Source of the DNA: the human T2T-CHM13v2.0 reference genome, Homo sapiens
DNA length: 64,000 nt
Reading direction: 5' to 3' (one strand)
Assembly: GCF_009914755.1 (NCBI RefSeq)
Contig: NC_060933.1
The first letter of the stretch is position 1, and every line of letters begins with the position of its first letter. The translations under genes were made by a program, and so were the position numbers. Shown in pieces: positions 44,380 through 56,579 of this stretch. The notes below the pieces were generated by a model. The model saw nothing but the letters and a program-made list of their open reading frames with translations, was not told the DNA's origin and did no database searches.

Positions 44380-45750
44380 GGAATGGAATGGAATGGAATG
44401 GAATGGAATGGAATGGAATGGAATCAACTCGATTACAATCTAATGGAATGGAATGGAATTAACCCGAATAGAATGGAATGGAATTTAATGGAACGGAACG
44501 GAATGGAATGGAATGGAATGGAATGGAATGGAACGGAACGGAACGGAACGGAATGGAATGGAATGGAATGGAATGGAATGGAATCAACGCGAGTGCAGGA
44601 GAATGGAATGGAATGGAATGCAATGGAATGGAAACTTCCGGAATGGAATGTCATGGAATGGAATGGAATGAAATGCAATGGATTCAACTCGATTGCAATG
44701 GAATGGAATAGAATGGAATGGAATGGAATGGAATGGAATGGAATTAACCCGAATAGAATTGAATGGAATGGAATGGAAAGGAATGGAACGGAATGGAATG
44801 GAATGGAATGGAATGGAATGGAATGGTATGGAATGGAATGGAATGGTACGGAATAGAATCGAATGGAATGAATTGTAATGGAATGGAATTGAACGGAATG
44901 GAATGGAATGGAATAGAATCAACGCGAGTGCAGGGGAATGTAATGGAACGGAATGCAATGGAATGGAATCATCCGTAAAGGAATGGAAAGGAATGGAATG
45001 GAATGGAATGGAATGGAATGGAAAGGAATCAACTCGATTGCAATCGAATGGAATGGAATGGAATTAACCCGAATAGAATGGAATGGAATGGAATGGAATG
45101 GAACGGAACGGAATGGAATGGATTGGAATGGAATGGAATGGAATGGAATGGAATGGAATGGAACGGAAAGGAATGGAATGGAATGGAATGCAATGGAATG
45201 GAATCTTCCGGAATGGAATGGAATGGAATGCAATGGAATGGAATGGAATGGAATGAACCCGAGTGCAATGGAATGGAGTGGAATGGAATGGAATGGAATG
45301 GAACAACCCGAATGGAATGGAATGTAATGGAGAGTAAGGGAGTTGAATAGAATCAATCCGAATGTAATGGAATGGAATGGAAGGGAATGGAATAAAATGG
45401 AATGGAATGGAATGGAATGCAATGGAATGGAATCAACCCGAGTGCAAACGAATGGAATCGAATGGAATGGAATGCAATGGAATGGACTCAACTTGAATGG
45501 AATGGAAAGAATGGAATCAACACGAGTGGAATGGCATGGATTAGAATAGAATGGAATGGAATCAATCCGAGTACATGGGAATGGAATGGAATGGAATGCA
45601 ATGGAATGGAATCATCCGTAATGGAATGGAAAGGAATGGAATGGAATGGAATGGAATGGAATGGAATGGAATGGAATCAACTCGATTGCAATCCAATGGA
45701 ATGGAATGGAATTAACCCGAATAGAATGGAATGGAATGGAATGGAACGGA
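44380..45750 (+). repeat. Duplicate of about 34700-35950 (offset about 9.7-9.8 kb)
   Basis: Shared GAATGAATTGTAAT, GTAATGGAACGG...CATCCGTAA junction, and GGATTAGAATAGAAT...CAATCCGAGTAC (35775/45538). Confidence 0.7.
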
Positions 45751-48700
45751 ACGGAATGGAATGGAATGGAATTGAATTGAATGGAATGGAATGGAACGGA
45801 ACGGAATGGAATGGAATGGAATGGAATGGAATGGAATCAACGCGAGTGCAGGGGAATGGAATGGAATGGAATGCAATGGAATGGAATCATCCGGAATGGA
45901 ATGGAATGGAATGGAATGGAATGGAATCAACCCGAGTGCAATGGAATGGAGTGGAATGGAATGGAATGGAATGGAACAACCCGAATGGAATGGAATGTAA
46001 TGGAGAGTAAGGGAGTTGAATAGAATCAATCCGAATGTAATGGAATGGAATGCAACGGAATGGAATGGAACGGAATGGAATGGAACGGAATGGAATGGAA
46101 TGGAATGGAATGGAATGGAATGGAATGGAATGCAATGGAATGGAATCAACCCGAGTACAATGGAATGGAATGGAATGGAATGGAACGGAATGGAATGGAA
46201 TGGAATGCAATGGAATGGAATCTTCCAGAACGGAATGGAATGGAATGGAATGGAATGGAATGGAATGCAATGGATTCAACTCGATTGCAATGGAATGGAA
46301 TAGAATGGAATGGAATGGAATGGAATGGAATTAAACCGAATAGAATGGAATGGAATGGAATGGAACGGAATGGAATGGAATGGAATGGAATGGAATGGAA
46401 TCAACCCGACTGCAGGGGAATGGAATGGAATGGAATGCAATGGAATGGATTCAACTTGAATGGAATGGTAAGAATGGAATCAACACGAGTGGAATGGCAT
46501 GGATTGGAATGGAATGGAATGGAATCAACCCGAGTACAGCGGAATGGAATGGAATGGAATGCAATGGAATGGAAACATCCGTAATGGAATGGAAAGGAAT
46601 GGAATGGAAGGGAATGGAATGGAATGCAATGGAATGGAATCAACCCGAGTACAATGGAATGGAATGGAATGGAATGGAATAGAATGGAATGGAATGGAAT
46701 GCAATGGAATGGAATCTTCCGGAATGGAATGGAATGGAATGGAATGGAATGGAATGGAATGGAATGCAATGGATTCAACTCGATTGCAATGGAATGGAAT
46801 AGAATGGAATGGAATGGAATGGAATGGAATGGAATTAAACCGAATAGAATGGAATGGAATGGAGTGGAACGGAACGGAACGGAACGGAACGGAACGGAGT
46901 GGAATGGAATGTAATGGAATTGTATGGAATGGAATGGAATGGTACGGAATAGAATGGAATGGAAAGAATTGGAATGGAATGGAATCGAATGGAATGGAAT
47001 GGAATGGAATGCAATCAACCCGAGTGCAGGGGTATGTAATGGAACGGAAAGCAATGGAATGGAATCATCCGGAATGGAATGGAATGGAATGGAATGGAAT
47101 GGAATGGAATGGAATGGAATCAACCCGAGTGCAATGGAATGGAGTGGAATGGAATGGAATGGAATGGAACAACCCGAATGGAATGGAATGTAATGGAGAG
47201 TAAGGGAGTTGAATAGAATCAATCCGAATGTAATGGAATGGAACGGAATGGAATGGAATGGAATGGAATGGAATGGAATGGAATGGAATGCAATGGAATG
47301 GAATCAACCCGAGTACAATGGAACGGAATGTAATGTAATGTAATGTAATGTAATGGAATGGAATGGAATGGAAGGGAATCAACCCGAGTGCAATGGAATG
47401 GAGAGGAATGGAATCGAATGGAATGGAAACTACCCAAATGGAATGGAATGTAATGGAGTGTAAGGGAATTGAATAGAATCAATCCGAAAGGAATGGAATG
47501 GAATGGAACGGAATGTAATGGAATGGAATGGAATGGAATCAACCCGAGTGCAGAGGAATGGAATGGAATGGAATGCAATGGAATGGAATCATCCGGAATG
47601 GAATGGAATGGAATGCAATGGAATGGAATGGAATGGAATCAACCCGAGTGTAATGGAATGGAGTGAAATGGAATGGAATGGAATGGAGACAACAAGAATG
47701 GATTGGAATATAATGGAGTGTAAGGGAATTGAATAGAATCAATCTGAATGTAATGAAATGGAATGGAACGGAATGGAATGGAATGGAATGGAATGGAATG
47801 GAATGGAATTTAATGGAATGCAATGGAATGCAATCAACCCGAGTGCAATCGAATGGAATCGAATGGAATGGAATGCAATGGAATGGATTCAACTTGAATG
47901 GAATGGAAAGAATGGAATCAACACGATTGGAATGGCATGGATTGGAATGGAATGGAATGGAATCAATCCGAGTACAGGGGAATGGAATGGAATGGAATGC
48001 AATGGAATGGAATCATCCGTAATGGAATGGAAAGGAATGGAATGGAATGGAATAGAATGGAGTCAACTCGATTGCAATCGAATGGAATGGAATGGAATTA
48101 ACCCGAATAGAATGGAATGGAATGGAATGGAATGGAACGGAATGGAATGGAATGGAATGGAATGGAATGCAACGGAACGGAAAGGAAGGGAATGGAATGG
48201 AATAGAATGGAATGGAATGGAATCAACCCGAGTACAGCGGAATGGAATGGAATGGAATGCAATGGAATGGAATCTTCCGGAATGGAATCGAATGGAATGG
48301 AATGGAATGGAATCAACCCGAGTGCAATGGAATGGAGTGGAATGGAATGGAATGGAATGGAACAACCCGAATGGAATGGAATGTAATGGAGAGTAAGGGA
48401 GTTGAATAGAATCAATCCGAATGTAATGGAATGGAATGGAACGGAATGGAATTGAATGGAATGGAATGGAATGCAATGGAATGGAATCAACCCGAGTGCA
48501 ATGGAATGGAGAGGAATGGAATGGAATGGAATGGAAACTAACCGAATGGAATGGAATGTAATGGAGTGTAAGGGAATTGAATAGAATCAATCCGAATGTA
48601 ATGGAATGGAATGGAACGGAATGGAATGGAATGGAATGGAATGGAATGGAATGCAATGGAATGGATTCAACTTGAATGGAATGGAAAGAATGGAATCAAC

Positions 48701-49059
48701 ACGAGTGGAATGGCATGGATTGGAATGGAATCAACCCGAGTACAGGGGAATGGAATGGAATGGAATGCAATGGAATGGAATGGAATGCAATGGAATGGAA
48801 TCATCCGTAATGGAATGGAAAGGAATGGAATGGAATGGAATGGAATCGAATGGAATGGAATGGAATCAACTCGATTGCAATCGAATGGAATGGAATGGAA
48901 TTAACCCGAATAGAATGGAATGGAATGGAATGGAACAGAATGGAATGGAATGGAATGGAATGGAATGGAATGGAATGGAACGGAACGGAACGGAACGGAA
49001 CGGAATGGAATGGAATGGAATGGAATGGAATCAACGCGAGTGCAGGGGAATGGAATGGA

Positions 49060-50500
49060 ATGGAATGCAATGGAATGGAATCATCCGGAATGGAATGGAA
49101 TGGAATGGAATGCAAAGCAATGGAATCAACTCGATTGCAATGGAATGGAATGGAATGGAAAGGAATACATTGGAATCAAACCGAGTGGAATGGAATGGAA
49201 AGGACTGGAATGGAGAGGAATGGAATGGAATGGAATGGAATGAAATCAACTCGATTGGAATGGAATGGAATGGAATGGAATGGAATGGAATTAACCCGAA
49301 TAGAATGGAGTGGAATGGAATGGAACGGAACGGAATGGAATGGAATGGAATGGAATGGAATGGAATGGAATGGAATGGAATGGAATGGAATCAACCCGAC
49401 TGCAGGGGAATGGAATGGAATGGAATGCAATGGAATGGATTCAACTTGAATGGAATGGTAAGAATGGAATCAACACGAGTGGAATGGCATGGATTGGAAT
49501 GGAATGGAATGGAATCAACCCGAGTACAGCGGAATGGAATGGAATGGAATGCAATGGAATGGAAACATCCGTAATGGAATGGAAAGGAATGGAATGGAAT
49601 GGAATGGAATGGAATGGAATGGAATGGAATGGAATCAACTCGATTGCAATCGAATGGAATGGAATGGAATTAACCCGAATAGAATGGAATGGAATTGAAT
49701 GGAATGGAATGGAACGGAATGGAATGGATTGGAATGGAATGGAATGGAACGGAAAGGAATGGAATAGAATGGAATGGAATGGAATGGAATGGAATGGAAT
49801 CAACGCGAGTGCAGGGGAATGGAATGGAATGGAATGCAATGGAATGGAATCTTCCGGAATGGAATGGAATGGAATGGAATGGAATGGAATGGAATGGAAT
49901 GGAATTAACCCGAATACAATGGAATGGAATGGAATGGAACGGAATGGAGTTGAATGGAATGGAAGCAACCCGAGTGCAGGGGATTAGAATGGAATGGAAT
50001 GCAATGGAATGGAATCATCCGGAATGGAATGGAATGGAATGCAAAGCAATGGAATCAACTCGATTGCAATGGAATGGAATGGAATGGAAAGGAATACATT
50101 GGAATCAACCCGAGTGGAATGGAATGGAAAGGACTGGAATGGAGTGGAATGGAATGGAATGGAATGGAATGAAATCAACTCGATTGGAATGGAATGGAAT
50201 GGAATGGAATGGAATGGAATGGAATGGAATTATCCCGAATAGAATGGAGTGGAATGGAATGGAACGGAACGGAATGGAATGGAAAGGAATGGAATGGAAT
50301 GGAATGGAATGGAATGGAATCAACCCGACTGCAGGGGAATGGAATGGAATGGAATGCAATGGAATGGATTCAACTTGAATGGAATGGAAAGAATGGAATC
50401 AACACGAGTGGAATGGCATGGATTGGAATGGAATGGAATGGAATCAACCCGAGTACAGGGGAATGGAATGGAATGGAATGCAATGGAATGGAATCATCCG
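49060..50500 (+). repeat. Local direct duplication of a segment of about 500 bp at 929-bp spacing
   Basis: TGCAAAGCAAT (49111/50040), AGGAATACATTGG, TGAAATCAACTCGATTGG, TAGAATGGAGTGG and CAACCCGACTGC occur in the same order. ORF pair 49176/50105. Confidence 0.85.
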
Positions 50501-53500
50501 TAATGGAATGGAAAGGAATGGAATGGAATGGAATGGAATGGAATGGAATGCAATGGAATCAACTCGATTGCAATCGAATGGAATGGAATGGAATTAACCC
50601 GAATAGAATGGAATGGAATGGAATGGAACAGAACGGAATGGAATGGATCGGAATGGAATGGAATGGAATGGAATGGAACGGAAAGGAATGCAATGGAATG
50701 CAATGGAATGGAATGGAATGGAATGGAATGGAATCAACGCGAGTGCAGGGGAACGGAATGGAATGGAATGCAATGGAATGGAATCTTCCGGAATGGAATG
50801 GAATGGAATGGAATGGAATGGAATGGAATGCAATGGAATAAACCCGAGTGCAATGGAATGGAGTGGAATGGAATGGAATGGAATGGAACAACCCGAATGG
50901 AACGGAATGGAATGGAGAGTAAGGGAGTTGAATAGAATCAATCCGAATGTAATGGAATGGAATGGAAGGGAATGGAATGGAATGGAATGCAATGGAATGG
51001 AATGGAATGCAATGGAATGGAATCAACCCGAGTGCAATCGAATGGAATCGAATGGAATGGAATGCAATGGAATGGATTCAACTTGAATGGAATGGAAAGA
51101 ATGGAATCAACACGAGTGGAATGGCATGGATTGGAATAGAATGGAATAGAATCAATCCGAGTACAGGGGAATGGAATGGAATGGAAAGCAATGGAATGGA
51201 ATCATCCGTAATGGAATGGAAAGGAATGGAATGGAATGGAATGGAATGGAATGGAATGGAATGGAATCAACTCGATTGCAATCGAATGGAATGGAATGGA
51301 ATTAACCCGAATAGAATGGCATGGAATGGAATGGAACGGAACGGAATGGAATGGAATGGAATGGAATGGAACGGAACGGAATGGAACGGAATGGAATGGA
51401 ATGGAATGGAATGGAATGGAATGGAATCAACGCGATTGCAGGGGAATGGAATGGAATGGAATGCAATGGAATGGAATCTTCCGGAATGGAATGGAATGGA
51501 ATAGAATGGAATGAAATGCAATGGATTCAACTCGATAGCAATGGAATGGAATAGAATGGAATGGAATGGAATGGAATGGAATGGAATGGAATTAACCCGA
51601 ATAGAATGGAACGGAATGGAATGGAACGGAATGGAACGGAATGGAATGGAATGGAATGCAATGGAATGGTATGGAATGGAATGGAATGGTACGGAATAGA
51701 ATGGAATGGAACGAATTGTAATGGAATGGAATTGAATGGAATGGAATGGAATGGAATGGAATGGAATGGAATGGAATCGTTCCGAGTGGAATAGGAGGGA
51801 ATGTATTCGAGTGGAATGGAAAGGAATGGAATCAACCAGAGTGGAATGGAAAGGAATGGAATGGAATGGAAACTAAGAGAATGGAATCAACCCGGGTGGA
51901 ATGGAATGGAAAGGACTGGAATGGAAAGGAATGGAATGGAATGGAATGGAATGGAATGGAATGGAATGGAATCAACGCGAGTGCAGGGGAATGGAATAGA
52001 ATCGAATGGAATGGAATGGAATGGAATGGAATCAACCCGAGTACAATGGAATGGAATGGAATGGAATGGAATGGAATGGAATGCAATGGAATGGAATCTT
52101 CCGGAATTGAATGGAATGGAATGGAATGGAATGCAATGGATTCAACTCGATTGCAATGGAATGGAATAGAATGGAATGGAATGGAATTAAACCGAATAGA
52201 ATGGAATGGAATGGAATGGAACGGAACGGAACGGAATGGAACGGAGTGGAATGGAATGGAATGGAATTGTATGGAATGCAATGGAATGGTACGGAATAGA
52301 ATGGAATGCAAAGAATTGGAATGGAATGGAATTGAATGGAATGGAATGGAATCAACCAGAGTGCAGGGGAATGTAATGGAACGGAATGCAATGGAATGGA
52401 ATCATCCGGAATGGAATGGAATGCAACGGAATGAAATGGAATGGAATGGAATGGAATGGAATGCAATGGAATGGAATCAACCCGAGTACCATGGAATGGA
52501 ATGGAATGGAATGGAATGGAATGGAATGGAATGGAATGGAATGGAATGGAATGCCTTCAAACCGAATGGAATGGAAAGGAATGGAATCAACACGAATGGA
52601 ATGGAATGGAATAGAATGGAATGGAATGGAATGGAATGATACGGAATAGAATGGAATGGAACGAAATGGAATGGAATGGAATGGAATGGAATGGAATGGA
52701 ATGGAATGGAATGGAATCGTTCCGAGTGGAATAGGAGGGAATGTATTCGAGTGGAATGGAAAGGAATGGAATCAACAAGAGTGGAATGGCAGGGAATGGA
52801 ATGGAATGGAAACTAATAGAATGGAATCAACCCGAGTGGAATGGAATGGAAAGGACTGGAATGGAATTGAATGGAATGGAATCAACTCGATTGTAATGGA
52901 ATGGAATGGAATGGAATGGAATGGAATGGAATTAACCCGAATACAATGGAATGCAATGGAATGGAACGGAATGGAGTGGCATGGAATGGAATCAAACCGA
53001 GTGCAGGGGAACGGAATGGAATGGAATGCAATGGAATGGAATCATCCGGAATGGAATGGAATGGAATGGAATGGAATCAACCCGAGTGCAATCGAATGGA
53101 GTGGAATAGAATGGAATGAACCCGAGTGCAGGGGAATGGAATGGAATGAAATGCAATGGAATGGAATCATCCGTAATGGAATGGAAAGGAATGGAATGGA
53201 ATGGAATGGAATGGAATGGAATCAACACGATTGCAATCGAATGGAATGGAATGGAATTAACCCGAATAGAATGGAATGGAATGGAATGGAACGGAACGGA
53301 TTGGAATAGAATGGAATTGAACGGAACGGAGTGGAATGGAATGGAATGGAATGGAATGGAATGGAATCAACGTGAGTGCAGGGGAATGGAATGGAATGGA
53401 ATGCAATGGAATGGAATCTTCCGGAATGGAATGGAATGGAATGGAATGGAATGAAATGCAATGGATTCAACTCGATTGCAATGGAATGGAATGGAATGGA

Positions 53501-55096
53501 ATGGAATGGAATGGAATGGAATGGAATTAATCCGAATTGAATGGAATGGAATGTAATGGAAAGGAATGGAACGGAATGGAATGGAATGGAATGGTATGGA
53601 ATGGAATGGAATGGTACGGAATAGAATGGAATGGAACGAATTGTAATGGAATGGAATTGAATGGAAAGGAATGGAATGGAATGGAATCAACGAGAGTGCA
53701 GGGGAATGTAATGGAACGGAATGCAATGGAAAGGAATCATACGGAATGGAATGGAATGGAATGGAATGGTATGGAATCAACCCGAGTGCAATGGAATGGA
53801 GTGGAATGGAATGGAATGGAATGCAATAGAATGGAATCAACTTGAGTACAATGGAATGGAATGGAATGGAATGGAATGCAATAGAATGGAATCAACTTGA
53901 GTACAATGGAATGGAATGGAATGGAATGGAATGGAATGGAATAAAATGGAATGATACGGAATAGAATGGAATGGAACGAAATGGAATGGAATGGAATGGA
54001 ATGGAATGGAATCGTTCCGAGTGGAATAGGAGGGAATGTATTCGAGTGGAATGGAAAGGAATGGAATCAACCAGAGTGGAATGGAAGGGAATGGAATGGA
54101 ATGGAAACTAATAGAATGGAATCAACCCAAGTGGAATGGAATGGAAAGGACTGGAATGGAATGGAATGGAATAGAATCAACTCGATTGTAATGGAATGGA
54201 TTGGAATGGAATGGAATGGAATGGAATGGAGTGGAATGGAATGGAATCAACCCGAGTGCAGGGGAATGGAATGGAATGGAATGCAATGGAATGGAATCAT
54301 CCGGAATGGAATGGAATGGAATGGAATGCAAAGCAATGGAATCAACTCGATTGCAATGGAATGGAAAGGAATGGAAAGGAATACACTGGAATCAAGCCGA
54401 CTGGAATGGAATGGAAAGGACTGGAATGGAGTGGAATGGAATGGAATGGAATGGAATGGAATCAACTCGATTGGAATGGAATGGAATGGAATGGAATGGA
54501 ATGGAATGGAATGGAATTAACCCGAATAGAATGGAATGGAATGGAATGGAATGGAAAGGAATGGAAGGGAATGGAATGGAATGGAATGGAATCAACCCGA
54601 CTGCAGGGGAATGGAATGGAATGGAATGCAATGGAATGGATTCAACTTGAATGGAATGGAAAGAATGGAATCAACACGAGTGGAATGGCATGGATTGGAA
54701 TGGAATGGAATGGAATCAACCCGAGTACAGGGGAATGGAATGGAATGGAATGCAATGGAATGGAATCATCCGTAATAGAATGGAAAGGAATGGAATGGAA
54801 TGGAACGGAAAGGAATGGAATGGAATGGAATGGAATGCAACGGAAAGGAATGGAATGGAATGGAAAGGAATGGAATGGAATGGAATGGAATGGAATCAAC
54901 GCGAGTGCAGGGGAATGGAATGGAATGGAATGCAATGAAATGGAATCTTCCGGAATGGAATGGAATGGAATGCAATGGAATGGAATCAACTCGATTGCAA
55001 TCGAATGGAATGGAATGGAATTAACCCGAATAGAATGGAATGGAATGGAATGGAACGGAACGGAATGGAATGGAATGGAATGGAATGGAATGGAAT

Positions 55097-55126
55097 GGAA
55101 CGGAACGGAACGGAACGGAACGGAAC
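55097..55126 (+). repeat. (GGAAC)6 secondary microsatellite (CpG every 5 bp)
   Basis: Six GGAAC units followed by GGAGT. Similar runs at 56775-56804 (x6) and 37538-37577 (3 units, GGAAA, 4 units). Confidence 0.9.
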
Positions 55127-56579
55127 GGAGTGGAATGGAATGGAATGGAATTGTATGGAATGGAATGGAATGGTACGGAATAGAATGGAATGGAAAGAAT
55201 TGGAATGGAATGGAATCGAATGGAATGGAATGGAATCAACGCGAGTGCAGGGGAATGTAATGGAACGGAATGCAATGGAATGAAATCATCCGGAATGGAA
55301 TGGAATGGAATGGAATGGAATGGAATGGAATGGAATGGAATGCAATGGAATCAACCCGAGTGCAATGGAATGGAGTTGAATGGAATGGAATGGAATGGAA
55401 CAACCCGAATGGAATGGAATGTAATGCAGAGTAAGGGAGTTGAATAGAATCAATCCGAATGTAATGGAATGGAACGGAATGGAATGGAATGGAATGGAAT
55501 GGAATGGAATGGAATGCAATGGAATGGAATCAACCCGAGTACAATGGAAAGGAATGGAATGGAATGGAATGGAATGGAATGGAATGGAATGGAATGGAAT
55601 CAACCCGAGTGCAATGGAATGGAGAGGAATGGAATGGAATGGAATGGAAACTACCCGAATGGAATGGAATGTAATGGAGTGTAAGGGAGTTGAATAGAAT
55701 CAATCCGAATGGAATGGAATGGAATGGAACGGAATGTAATGGAATGGAATGGAATGCAGTCAACCCGAGTGCAGGGGAATGGAATGGAATGGAATGCAAT
55801 GGAATGGAATGGAATCGTTCCGAGTGGAATAGGAGGGAATGTATTCGAGTGGCATGGAAAGGAATGGAATCAACCAGAGTGGAATGGAAGGGAATGGAAT
55901 GGAATGGAAACTAATAGAATGGAATCAACCCGAGTGGGATGGAATGGAAAGGACTGGAATAGAAAGGAATGGAATGGAATGGAGTGGAATGGAATGGAAT
56001 GGAATGGAATGGAATGGAATGGAATGGAATCAACTCGATTGCAATCGAATGGAATGGAATGGAATTAACCCGAATAGAATGGAATGGAATGGAATGGAAC
56101 GGAACGGAATGGAATGGAATGGAATGGAATGGAACGGAAAGGAATGGAATAGAATGGAATGGAATGGAATGGAATGGAATGGAATGGAATGGAATCAACG
56201 CGAGTGCAGGGGAATGGAATGGAATCGAATGGAATGGAATGGAATGGAATGGAATGGAATCAACCCGAGTGCAGGGGAATGTAATGGAACGGAATGCAAT
56301 GGAATGGAATCATCCGGAATGGAATGAAATGGAATGGAATGGAATCAACCCGAGTGAAATGGAATGGAGTGGAATGGAATGGAATGGAATGGAACAACCC
56401 GAATGGAATGGAATGTAATGGAGAGTAAGGGAGTTGAAAAGAATCAATCCGAATGTAATGGAATGGAATGGAACGTAATGGAATGGAATGGAATGGAATG
56501 AAATGGAATGGAATCAACCAGAGTACAATGGAATGGAATGGAATGGAATGGAATGGAATGGAATGCAATGGAATGGAAT

